Source of the DNA: Deltaproteobacteria bacterium
GTDB taxonomy: Bacteria; Desulfobacterota; Desulfobacteria; Desulfobacterales; SpSt-501
Assembly: GCA_016219005.1 (NCBI GenBank)
Contig: JACRCN010000084.1
Span: forward strand, 73,042 to 137,041
DNA length: 64,000 nt
Direction: 5' to 3'
In this document: one piece after another, positions 30,405-38,815 of the stretch
Position numbering within the stretch: the first letter of the stretch is position 1
Layout: every line of letters starts with the position of its first letter
Position numbers and translations under genes: made by a program
The notes under the pieces: generated by a model
What the model saw: the letters and a program-made list of their open reading frames with translations, nothing else
Told to the model about the DNA's origin: nothing
Database searches by the model: none

Positions 30405-31556
30405 CTAAATAACTTCCTGTATGATCTCGGTGATGTCCTTAATTTCTATTTTATCGGCAACACCAATGGTTGACCTGCTATCCTCGAAATTGGCGATGCA
30501 ATAAGGGCAGGAAGTAACCAGCACCTCGGCTCCGACACCGATCGCCTGTTCCAACCTCAAATCGGAGAATCTTTCACCCTTTGGAGTTTCCATCCAAATC
30601 CGGCCGCCTCCCCCTCCGCAACAGAGGCTATCACTGCGCGATTCTGGCATCTCAATCAGTTCCAGACCAGGTACCTTCTTCAAGACCTCCCGGGGTTCGT
30701 CATATATGCCGTTGTGCCGACCCAGGTAACATGGGTCGTGATAAGTAACTTTCTTCCGATACGCCTTGTTAAGCTCAAGCCTTCCTGCATTCATGAGCTG
30801 GAATAAATATTGCGCGATATGAACCACCTCAAAGTCCACCCTAAATTCGGGATACTCGTTCTTGAAGCTATGGTAGCAATGAGGGGAAGAAACAAGGATT
30901 TTTTTCACCCCATTATCGATAAACGCTTTGATATTTTCCTTGGCCAAGCGTTTGAATAAATCCTCATCGCCGGTCTTGCGGATGCTCTCTCCGCAGCAAT
31001 TCTCCTTGGATCCCAGTATGCCGTAATGAACAGCCGCTCGGTTAAGAATAGTGGCGGTAGCCGCCGCCGCCTTTTTCAATCTTGGGTCATAGCTGGGGTA
31101 GCAGCAGGGGAAATATAATATTTCGGTGCCCTCGGCGAAGGTTTTTACAGAAAGACCTTCAGCCCAATTTGACCTATTATTGCGCTCTTCATTCAGAGGG
31201 TTACCGCGGCCACGGAGGCTCGCGCTCACGGTGCGGATAGGTCGAACCGGACCCGGGAAAACCCCGTATTCCGTGGCAAGCTTGCGTAAGGCTACCCCGG
31301 ATTCGATCTGTTTTACGTCCCGGGGGCATTGCTGAGGGCATCTTCCGCAGGTCGTACAACGCCAAATATCTTCACTTTCTATATCCGTCAAACCGAACGC
31401 AGCTTCGCGGACTATCTTGCGCATGCTGAAGATTCTAATCCTATTCCATGGGCAAACCACATCGCATAAGCCGCATTGAAAGCACGATTTGAAGGCTTCT
31501 CCACCTTTGGCTTTGATGGCATCTACGATCTCTTTAAAATCAGCTACATTCTCCAC
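30405..31556 (-). CDS. bamD: BamD-like HdrD-type FeS protein (2x[4Fe-4S] plus two CCG domains)
   Basis: 'CFQCGLCDVVCP', 'CTTCGRCPQQCP'; CCG-domain motifs 'PCCY', 'CCGES', 'DPCYLGR', 'CCGGGGG'. Confidence 0.8.
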   Translation of the reverse strand: MENVADFKEIVDAIKAKGGEAFKSCFQCGLCDVVCPWNRIRIFSMRKIVREAAFGLTDIESEDIWRCTTCGRCPQQCPRDVKQIESGVALRKLATEYGVFPGPVRPIRTVSASLRGRGNPLNEERNNRSNWAEGLSVKTFAEGTEILYFPCCYPSYDPRLKKAAAATATILNRAAVHYGILGSKENCCGESIRKTGDEDLFKRLAKENIKAFIDNGVKKILVSSPHCYHSFKNEYPEFRVDFEVVHIAQYLFQLMNAGRLELNKAYRKKVTYHDPCYLGRHNGIYDEPREVLKKVPGLELIEMPESRSDSLCCGGGGGRIWMETPKGERFSDLRLEQAIGVGAEVLVTSCPYCIANFEDSRSTIGVADKIEIKDITEIIQEVI

Positions 31557-31591
31557 GGTCGTTCTTAACCCTCTATTTTCGACGGATGGTT

Positions 31592-32140
31592 TTAGCCCTT
31601 CTTGGAGATTGACATCCGGGCGACGGTTTCCATTATCTTGTCAAGTCCAAATTTGTTTACCAACGATTCCAATCCTGTCTTCAACTCTTCTGCGTTCGCT
31701 TCTTCTTCTACTTCCTCTTCTCTTTCTTCGTAGATCAGGGCATCCGTTATGCACCACTGAACGCACAAGGGCTCTGATAAAGGCGGATCGCTTAAACACA
31801 TATCGCATTTTAGCGGCAGACCGGAATCGGGCTCCTTGAAAAGATCCCTGGATGGGCAGGAAGCCCTGCAGAAGGCACACTCTTCGTATTCCTTTCCGTC
31901 AATCGTGTACTTGTCTCGGCCCATGCATTCGGCTTTAGCATACTCACCCGCATATACAGGAACATATATGTCTTTTAACGGTTCATGAATAACACGAATA
32001 CGAGACCTCGCTGGATTGTTGCTGCTGTATTTCGGCGCAGCGTGGAAGGCGGAGCAGGCTAGCTCACATGCCCGGCAACCGTTGCATTTATCAACATCAA
32101 CTTTTATTGATTTAACAATTTTCTTTTTTTTCTCACCCAT
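31592..32140 (-). CDS. bamC: BamC-like polyferredoxin subunit
   Basis: 'CNGCRACELAC', 'CAFCRASCP', 'CDMC...CVQWC'. Size and position directly after the AOR-like gene fit. Confidence 0.75.
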   Translation of the reverse strand: MGEKKKKIVKSIKVDVDKCNGCRACELACSAFHAAPKYSSNNPARSRIRVIHEPLKDIYVPVYAGEYAKAECMGRDKYTIDGKEYEECAFCRASCPSRDLFKEPDSGLPLKCDMCLSDPPLSEPLCVQWCITDALIYEEREEEVEEEANAEELKTGLESLVNKFGLDKIMETVARMSISKKG

Positions 32141-32161
32141 GATAGTTAGCGCCTCTTCACT

Positions 32162-34165
32162 TTAATTCTCTCTGCTTCCGCTGAAGTCTTTGGCGGGCTC
32201 GTCTTGACTATCCGCCAAGATCCCCCGCTTAACAAAGTCTTCGATCACGTAATCCAAACCAAGATCATGCAAGGATTCCTTAGTAGGAATACCCTGATGA
32301 TTCCACCCCTTGAATTTGTAATACGCATCCAGGAGCTCTTTTTCAAGGTCGGGAAATCTTTTCTTCCAATGGTTCACTGGAGGCTTATCATCTTTTCTCC
32401 GCATGCCTCTTCTTATATTAATGGCCCTAACTAAAGTTCGGTACCTTTTGACTGCTTGCGTCAGTTTAGCTTCATCCATATCGATCCCGGCACCGGATGA
32501 GATAAATTGCGGGAAATTGTGCATATGATATGGAGGCTTCAGAGGAAATGATGACAAACCGGCGCACATCCCGAGGGCGTCATCGATATAGTGCATCCGC
32601 TCCTGCCAGTCGACAATGTTACAACTCATTTCAACCGTCGGATAATAGGGGATCGATTTTTCTCCGCGTGGTTCCCAGTCCAAGAAATATTGCTTAAACT
32701 TTTCATCAGGAACCTGGACCCAATCCTTTACAAACGCTTCTCTCTCTTCTCTGGTAGCAAAAGGCGCCTGGGGGAACTGGCCTTCGATTTGGGTAATGTT
32801 TATCTTCTCACCGGTGGAATACATAAGAAAATAAATTGGATTCAGCATGGATAGCTTGAGAGGCAGCTGCTCATGTTTTTTGATGTTATTATGAGCATAT
32901 GCTTCTGCGCCCTTACCAATCTGTTGGGCCGCCCAATAGGTGCCTTTGGCTAAAACATCCCCTATCCCTTCACGCCGAACAATTCTGTCAAGTAACCAAT
33001 AAAATTTCCCCTCGTTATCGGACGGCATTCCCGACATGTCATCGTCAGTTAAAATGGCGGCTTCGTAGAGCTCAAGGGCGAAGGCCATAACTTGCGGGGT
33101 TGAGTATGCGTCCACTCCATACTCCGTAGCACGTTGAGCGATTTTTAAGCCAAAATCCAAATCAGACATGGCCGCCATTGTATAAGTAAGTTTCGAGAAG
33201 CATTTCATCATGTAGGTTGGAAGCCCTGGGACGGAAAGGGTTGCCCCGCATTTCATCGGACAGTTATAGCAGCTGATTAGCCGCGTCCGCGCGCTTTCCA
33301 TGGTCCCCGTCCACTTCTTTTCGACTTCCTCGTTCCAAAAATCTTTTCTGCGAATGCGGGAATTTCCCCACATGAAATTCTCGGTATGCCACTTCTCATC
33401 ATGCACTTTCATCTCTTGCGGTGACCCCAGCCCAGCTAAAATGGGCATTACCCCCGGAATTGGGTTTTTTTCGCGGTGTTTTATGTATTTCAGCACTTCG
33501 TTGCAAAGCTCCATGAATGCATCCGGTCGGGCAATATGGACATCTTTTGTTCCACGAACGACTATGGCCTTTAACCCTTTGTCTCCCATTACGGCGCCTA
33601 TTCCGCCTCGGCTGGCGCTGGACCGGCCCTGCTCGATGGAAGCAAAATAAACCCTGTTTTCACCGGCCAAACCGATAGCCGCCACCTGGGCTTTCGGCTC
33701 CTTCAACTCCTGTCGGATGAGTTCCGCAGTTTCAACAGCGCCTTTACCCCGCAAATGCGAGGCGTCACGTAATTCTACCTTGTCGTTGTTTATCCACAGA
33801 TAAACCAGACTGGCGGACTTGCCGCGAAGGATCACTTTGTCGTAACCGGCATACTTCAATTCCGGTGCCCAAAATCCACCCATCATTGAAAATGCCATTA
33901 ACAACGTCTGAGGCGAAATGGTGGAAACAATGGTACGATTACAACCGGTAGCCGGTGTACCGCATAAAAGACCGGCGCTGAATATGAGTAGATTATCGGG
34001 AGAAAAAGGTTCAACTTCAGGAGGAACCCTGTCCCACAATATCTTGGCGTTAGTGCCTAGCCCCCCCAGATAAAGTTCGGTATCCCTTGGGTCGGTTGCG
34101 ACCCTCTCAATGTTTCCTCGGGATAGGTCAACTTCTAAATTAAACCCTGTCTCTGCGTACCTCAA
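32162..34165 (-). CDS. bamB: BamB-like tungsten/molybdopterin aldehyde:ferredoxin-oxidoreductase-family subunit (class II benzoyl-CoA reductase active-site subunit or close paralogue)
   Basis: The N-terminus 'MRYAETGFNLEVDLSRGNIERVATDPRDTELYLGGLGTNAKILWDRVPPEV' matches my recollection of Geobacter BamB closely. The AOR-family length is 667 aa. The TTG start at 34165 has a GGAGAAAG ribosome-binding site. Confidence 0.8.
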   Translation of the reverse strand: MRYAETGFNLEVDLSRGNIERVATDPRDTELYLGGLGTNAKILWDRVPPEVEPFSPDNLLIFSAGLLCGTPATGCNRTIVSTISPQTLLMAFSMMGGFWAPELKYAGYDKVILRGKSASLVYLWINNDKVELRDASHLRGKGAVETAELIRQELKEPKAQVAAIGLAGENRVYFASIEQGRSSASRGGIGAVMGDKGLKAIVVRGTKDVHIARPDAFMELCNEVLKYIKHREKNPIPGVMPILAGLGSPQEMKVHDEKWHTENFMWGNSRIRRKDFWNEEVEKKWTGTMESARTRLISCYNCPMKCGATLSVPGLPTYMMKCFSKLTYTMAAMSDLDFGLKIAQRATEYGVDAYSTPQVMAFALELYEAAILTDDDMSGMPSDNEGKFYWLLDRIVRREGIGDVLAKGTYWAAQQIGKGAEAYAHNNIKKHEQLPLKLSMLNPIYFLMYSTGEKINITQIEGQFPQAPFATREEREAFVKDWVQVPDEKFKQYFLDWEPRGEKSIPYYPTVEMSCNIVDWQERMHYIDDALGMCAGLSSFPLKPPYHMHNFPQFISSGAGIDMDEAKLTQAVKRYRTLVRAINIRRGMRRKDDKPPVNHWKKRFPDLEKELLDAYYKFKGWNHQGIPTKESLHDLGLDYVIEDFVKRGILADSQDEPAKDFSGSREN

Positions 34166-34290
34166 TTCTTTCTCCTTCTATATTACCTGAATTCGTGGCA
34201 TGCTTTTTGGCCAATCATGATGGAGCCGATTTGTTTATGATTTTACTGACGATCCGCGTCGGCCCGGAGGTCAGGGCGGAGCGTTTTCAG

Positions 34291-34329
34291 CTATAAATTA
34301 ACTATAAAATAGCTATATTGTATTTATAG
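34291..34329. promoter_or_regulatory. AT-rich nested palindrome / operator-like element at the predicted bamB transcription start
   Basis: Outer arms are CTATAAA (34291-34297) and TTTATAG (34323-34329). The central perfect palindrome is ATAGCTAT (34309-34316). Confidence 0.35.
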
Positions 34330-34351
34330 GAGGTTCCTCGGATTTTGTCAA
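34323..34351 (-). promoter_or_regulatory. Sigma-70-type promoter candidate for the bamB-like operon
   Basis: On the minus strand: TTGACA (34351-34346), a 17-nt spacer, then TATAAA (34328-34323). It lies about 150 nt upstream of the bamB-like start. Confidence 0.5.
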
Positions 34352-34618
34352 GAAAAAAACTCATCGGAGGGGAATTGCGGAATTCAGGAATCGACGGCTC
34401 TGGATCAGCGCCAGTTCCGCTATCGAAGGCGACGAACTTCCGTATGGCAGGTGAAATGTGGTGGCCAAATCGGCTGTAAGCGGAAGCCGACTGCGGGGGC
34501 GCATGCCTACCGCTTATGGCCAGAGCCTGAGAAAGGACCTCGCAGCCTCTGCCCTCCAGCCTGCGGCGAATCGCAACCGCCTTCCAAGCCGCACCAGCAG
34601 ACGGGGTTTTATAACAGC

Positions 34619-34960
34619 CTATTTGGCCCGGCTGCGGGCATAGGTCAGCCCGCCGGTCACCTCGATCGTGGTCGCGTTGATGGCATCGTTTTCGATGCAG
34701 TGCATGATGCTGGCCGCGATCTCCTCGGGTTCCACCAGTCTTCCGCTGTGGACGTCCTTCAGGATGGCCGCGAGCGCTTCCGGGTTCATGCCTCTCAGGA
34801 TCGCCGTGTTGACATAGCCCGGCGCGATCGCCACCACCCGGATGTTGCGGATCTTGCGGATCACGAACTCGCCCACCAGGATCTTCGGCATCAGGGCCAC
34901 GGCCGCCTTGGTGGCGCTGTAGTTGAGCTGGCCGACCTGGCCCTCCTTGTTGATGGAGGA
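34619..34960 (-). pseudogene. 3' remnant of a short-chain dehydrogenase/reductase (SDR) gene
   Basis: The open frame '..SSINKEGQVGQLNYSATKAAVALMPKIL...IRVVAIAPGYVNT...' contains the SDR YxxxK catalytic motif and the C-terminal half only. An in-frame TGA at 34961-34963 stops it, and no Rossmann TGxxxGxG region lies upstream. The fragment is high-GC, unlike its surroundings. Confidence 0.65.
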
Positions 34961-34986
34961 TCAGCATGGCCTCCGTAAGCAGCCAT

Positions 34987-35024
34987 AAAAAAGGGGAGAG
35001 CAGGTCTTATTTCCGCTCTCCCCC
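34987..35024 (-). terminator. Rho-independent terminator ending the TRAP/CoA-transferase operon
   Basis: On the minus strand: GGGGAGAGC, a 13-nt loop, GCTCTCCCC, then TTTTTT (the A-run at 34987-34992 on plus). Confidence 0.75.
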
Positions 35025-35081
35025 GGGTTCCAAAACATGACAGGGATGTTCACCATGGCAGCAATTACTCTGATCTATTTT

Positions 35082-35216
35082 TCATTTGTGCTTTTGGATC
35101 AGCTCGATATACACCCCGTTCAGCTCTCTTTGTTCGATCACCGCAATCTTTGTACCTCTCGACCCATCGACGATCTTGCCCCATACGAATTCCATGTGAA
35201 AGGATTCAGCGGCCAT
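35082..35216 (-). pseudogene. Possible 3' remnant of a methylmalonyl-CoA-epimerase/VOC-family gene
   Basis: The tail 'FHMEFVWGKIVDGSRGTKIAVIEQRELNGVYIELIQKHK' resembles VOC/epimerase C-termini ('..G.KIAF.....GV.IEL..'). The upstream part of the frame overlaps dctM and is not VOC-like. Confidence 0.3.
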
Positions 35217-36531
35217 ACATGCTGGCCGGTATGACGGTTGAAATCCACGGGAAAGCAAAGAGAATGGCAATGCCGAAAGCCTCGAAGAGCAAAAACCAGA
35301 AACAACCCCTGAAGATCTCGTGCATGGGTACATCCCGGACGACACCGGCTAAGACATAGACATTGAGCCCCACCGGCGGCGTCATCAGCCCGACTTCAGC
35401 CATCTTGACGCACAGGACCCCGAACCAGATGGGATCGTAACCCAGCTGGGTGGTGACGATCGGAAACATGATGGGTTGGGTGATGATGAGCATTGAGAAA
35501 GTATCCATGAACATTCCCAGGGGTATATAGACGATCAAGAAACCCGTCACGATCATCCAGGGCGATACCGGCAGACCGCCCACCCAACCCGATATGACTT
35601 GGGGAACCTGGGCCAGGGTAAGAAACTTGGCGTAGAGTCCGGCGCCGATCAGGATCATGAAAACCATGCAGCTCGTGCGGAGGGTGTCGAAGAAACAGAG
35701 CTTGATGTTTCCCCCCATCATCCCCTTCTCCACTCGCCCCCCGAACAGCATCATCAGCAACGCGACAAAAGCGCCCACGGAAGCGGCTTCGGTAGGGGTG
35801 AACCAGCCGATGTACATGCCCCCGATCACCAGGAAGAACAAAAGGGCCATTCCCCAAACCCCTTTGAGGGAAGCAAACCGCTCCCGCCAGGTGTAGTTCT
35901 CCGGCGCGGGACACAGGTTGGGATAGATCCGGGTCAGGAAGAAAAGCCCAATGACGTAAACAAATACGCTCAACACCCCGGGCAGGATCCCGGCGATGAG
36001 TTGCGCGCCGGCCGAGACATCGTTGATCGATGCATAAAAAACGGAGACAACGCTCGGCGGGATCAGAATGGCCAGGGTCCCGGAAGCGGCCACGATGCCG
36101 CAGGCCAGTTTCCGATCGTACCCCAAGGCTCGCATTTCGGGGATGGCAATCGCCCCCATGGTAGCGGCGGAGGCAACGCTCGATCCGCAGCAGGCGCCAA
36201 ATCCCGCCGAAGCGATGAAGGTGGCGATGCCGAGCCCGCCCGGGAGTTTGGAAAACCACTTCCGGCCGATGGTGTAAAGATCGCTGCTGATGCCGGCTTT
36301 GAATCCGAAATGCCCCATAATGATAAAAAGCGGCACCACGGCTAAGAGGTAATTGGCCGTATTCGCGTAAGGAGAGACCTTCAATACGGTCAGGGCATAG
36401 TAGGGGCCTTTCAAGGCAAGGATACCCAGAACACCAGTGATACCCAGAGAGGCATAAATCGGCATCCCCATCCACATCAGAGCCAGCACCAAAAAGACGC
36501 TGAGAATAGACGCAGTTCCGGGTTCGATCAT
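35206..36531 (-). CDS. dctM: TRAP transporter large permease (DctM family)
   Basis: A polytopic membrane protein of typical DctM sequence. The start was moved to the ATG at 36531, preceded by GGAGG. Confidence 0.88.
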   Translation of the reverse strand: MIEPGTASILSVFLVLALMWMGMPIYASLGITGVLGILALKGPYYALTVLKVSPYANTANYLLAVVPLFIIMGHFGFKAGISSDLYTIGRKWFSKLPGGLGIATFIASAGFGACCGSSVASAATMGAIAIPEMRALGYDRKLACGIVAASGTLAILIPPSVVSVFYASINDVSAGAQLIAGILPGVLSVFVYVIGLFFLTRIYPNLCPAPENYTWRERFASLKGVWGMALLFFLVIGGMYIGWFTPTEAASVGAFVALLMMLFGGRVEKGMMGGNIKLCFFDTLRTSCMVFMILIGAGLYAKFLTLAQVPQVISGWVGGLPVSPWMIVTGFLIVYIPLGMFMDTFSMLIITQPIMFPIVTTQLGYDPIWFGVLCVKMAEVGLMTPPVGLNVYVLAGVVRDVPMHEIFRGCFWFLLFEAFGIAILFAFPWISTVIPASMYGR

Positions 36532-36593
36532 CTTATTCCCTCCATAAACAGTCAGATGTTGGACCAATCATCTCGAACCGATAGGGATACCGC

Positions 36594-37124
36594 TCAATCA
36601 CCGATCTGACGCAGGTCGGGCAGATCGAGAGGTAATGCCCCCATGAGCCGGCGGAAGTTCACCCAAATGTCGACCACCAACTGGAGGCAGGTCAGCCAGC
36701 ACCCCAGGGGGACGAGAGCTTTGGCCCACCAGATCTGCATTTGCACCGAACCCCAGCGGAATTCGTTGATTTCATAAGACCGAAGAGCTTCCCTGGCGCT
36801 TTGCCATCCCATGACAGCCAGAAAAATAAAACAGAGGACCCAGCAGAGCGTATCCAGTTTGATCGCGCTGCGGATTGAAAACCTTCTCAGCCCCAGGACA
36901 ACCCGCGTGTGTCCTCTGGCCTCTTGGGTCCAGCTGAGGGTCATAAACACGGCGATGACCAACAGTACCTCATTGAACTCGAAGACCCCGGCAATAGGAT
37001 AATTGAAAACGTAACGACTGGTAGTATCCAGGGTGGTGCTTATCATCATCATGGCGATCGCGGCCGCAGCAATGAAGCTGAAGAATATATTGATTTTATT
37101 GAGCCAGCGCGCAAGGTTCTCCAT
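36594..37124 (-). CDS. dctQ: TRAP transporter small permease (DctQ family)
   Basis: A 4-TM protein of about 176 aa between the dctP-like and dctM-like genes. Confidence 0.8.
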   Translation of the reverse strand: MENLARWLNKINIFFSFIAAAAIAMMMISTTLDTTSRYVFNYPIAGVFEFNEVLLVIAVFMTLSWTQEARGHTRVVLGLRRFSIRSAIKLDTLCWVLCFIFLAVMGWQSAREALRSYEINEFRWGSVQMQIWWAKALVPLGCWLTCLQLVVDIWVNFRRLMGALPLDLPDLRQIGD

Positions 37125-37204
37125 CTCGCAATATACCTCCCCTTGGGAAGGCAGCCGGAACGAATTAGGACATCCGCCCGGCTACCTTCATAGCACCATC
37201 GTTT

Positions 37205-38338
37205 TTACTTTTTTTCGTACTTCGCCTGATAGATTTCATAGGGATTTTTGAGCTTGCCCTGCGGCTCATACTTGGCGATGAGGCTGCGTGCTTTATCGAT
37301 GAATTCGACCCCATTGTACTTCGCTGGCTTGGCGACCTTTTCGGCCCAGTCGTTCACCTGCGCCGGCTGCACCATGCTGGTGGCCTTTTTGATCTCTTCA
37401 TCCGACCACTTTGTGAATTTGGCACCGTTCTTGACCATGACATCGAGGCTTTCTTCCAGAAGCTTGTTGTACAACTCGACATACTTGTATTTGTAAACGT
37501 CATCCGCGGTTTTTTTAAATACATCCTTCAGGTCGTCGGGCAGGGAATTCCACACGTCCAGGCCCATGACCACCGTGGTGGGCGCATGGGCCCCGGCGCC
37601 GACTTCGATAATGTTGGGAGCCTGCTCATAGAGCTTCGCTTTTTCGGCCGTGACAAAGCAAAACGCGAAGACTCCGTCGAGAATCCCGCGCTCCAACGAC
37701 TGATAGACTTCCGCGGCCACCACGGGCATTCCCCTTCCTCCCAGGCGGTCGATGGTTTCAGCACCAATTCCGTAGCCTCGGATTCTCATCCCCTTGAGTT
37801 CGGAGACTTGAGTGAGGGGCTTTTTGGAAAAAAGCGGGCAATAATCCCAGTTGGTGAAATACAGGACTTTGCAGCCGTTTCTTTTTTCCCACTCATCCTT
37901 CAGAGGGGGATAGGTATCGTACATTTCCTGGCAGACCTTCAGCAGGGTGTCGGCGTGGTTGCAGCCCATGAAGTACCACTCCAATCCTCGGCTGAGCGGC
38001 ACCTGGGCAGGATAATAGCCGTAAGAAATCAGGGATAATTCTGAAAGCCCGTCCCTGACCGCCTGCAAATGTTCTCCCACTTTGTGAAGGGAGGATGCCC
38101 AATATTTTTCGATTTTGATCCGGCCGCCGGATCGTTCCACCACTGTGTCGAGATACCAGTTGTCAAGCTGGGCCGGGGCCGCTGACGCTTGGATGTAGCA
38201 GTCGTACTTCATGGTAATGACTTTGCCCGACTGCGGTGCGGCGTGCAAGATGCCCCGGGCCGGGCCCATGAGGAGTCCCCCCATGGCGGCTGCAGCGGTT
38301 GATTTCAGAAATGTCCTTCGATCCATTCCCTTGCCCAT
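37205..38338 (-). CDS. dctP: TRAP transporter substrate-binding protein (DctP family)
   Basis: Twin-arginine-like signal 'MDRRTFLKSTAAAAMGG' and DctP-like length and sequence. Confidence 0.85.
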   Translation of the reverse strand: MGKGMDRRTFLKSTAAAAMGGLLMGPARGILHAAPQSGKVITMKYDCYIQASAAPAQLDNWYLDTVVERSGGRIKIEKYWASSLHKVGEHLQAVRDGLSELSLISYGYYPAQVPLSRGLEWYFMGCNHADTLLKVCQEMYDTYPPLKDEWEKRNGCKVLYFTNWDYCPLFSKKPLTQVSELKGMRIRGYGIGAETIDRLGGRGMPVVAAEVYQSLERGILDGVFAFCFVTAEKAKLYEQAPNIIEVGAGAHAPTTVVMGLDVWNSLPDDLKDVFKKTADDVYKYKYVELYNKLLEESLDVMVKNGAKFTKWSDEEIKKATSMVQPAQVNDWAEKVAKPAKYNGVEFIDKARSLIAKYEPQGKLKNPYEIYQAKYEKK

Positions 38339-38397
38339 GTTTCATTCCTCCTTCCTTGGGTTAAAGGCTCAGTGAAGCCCAGTCCAATTTCCCGAAA

Positions 38398-38811
38398 TCA
38401 GGGTTTAAAAACCAAAGAGGTCTGCCGCGCATGCCCCTCCCCCTTGGAAGCAAAATCAGCTTGGAGCGGCATTCCCACCCGGATCTGATCGGGGTTCCTT
38501 GCATCCACGCCTGTGATCCGCGACACGGCCTTGACACCTTCGTCCAATTCCACCACACCGACAACGTATGGATTGTTCCGGCCGAAGCCTTCCCGGGCCA
38601 TCGCCGGCGGGGCCACCACGATGCTGGTGAAGCCCGCCAGCTTGCCCTTACCTTTCAATTCCACCCATTCCAGATCGCTGCCATGGCACGAAACGCAGAT
38701 GGGTCGTGGCGGCAGCGCGAGTGCGCTGCACTTTTTACAGCGCGAGCCCATGATCCGGCGGTCGTTGAGATACTGCTCGTAGGAGGCGTCATTAAAAGGC
38801 CTTTTCTCCAT
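38398..38811 (-). CDS. Zn-ribbon/OB-fold protein (DUF35 family), thiolase partner
   Basis: 'CKKCSALALPPRPICVSC' zinc ribbon followed by an OB fold. The ATG at 38811 has a GGAGAGGAGG ribosome-binding site. It directly follows the thiolase-like gene. Confidence 0.8.
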   Translation of the reverse strand: MEKRPFNDASYEQYLNDRRIMGSRCKKCSALALPPRPICVSCHGSDLEWVELKGKGKLAGFTSIVVAPPAMAREGFGRNNPYVVGVVELDEGVKAVSRITGVDARNPDQIRVGMPLQADFASKGEGHARQTSLVFKP

Positions 38812-38815
38812 GATG

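Noticed and set aside
34196-34211. Sigma-54-like motif TGGCAT-GCTTT-TTGGC upstream of the bamB-like gene
   Set aside because: It is on the plus strand, pointing away from bamB toward a gene remnant, and the -12 element is TTGG rather than TTGC. It falls inside the predicted bamB leader and is probably fortuitous.
34302-34967. 221-aa minus-strand ORF and 175-aa plus-strand ORF (34451-34978) over the SDR remnant
   Set aside because: They are out of frame with or antisense to the only frame showing SDR motifs, and their translations are Gly/Arg/Pro-rich.
35396-36475. 359-aa minus-strand ORF in another frame of dctM, and the 248-aa plus-strand ORF at 35599-36345
   Set aside because: They are out of frame with or antisense to a clear polytopic DctM sequence, and their translations are Arg/His/Gly-rich.
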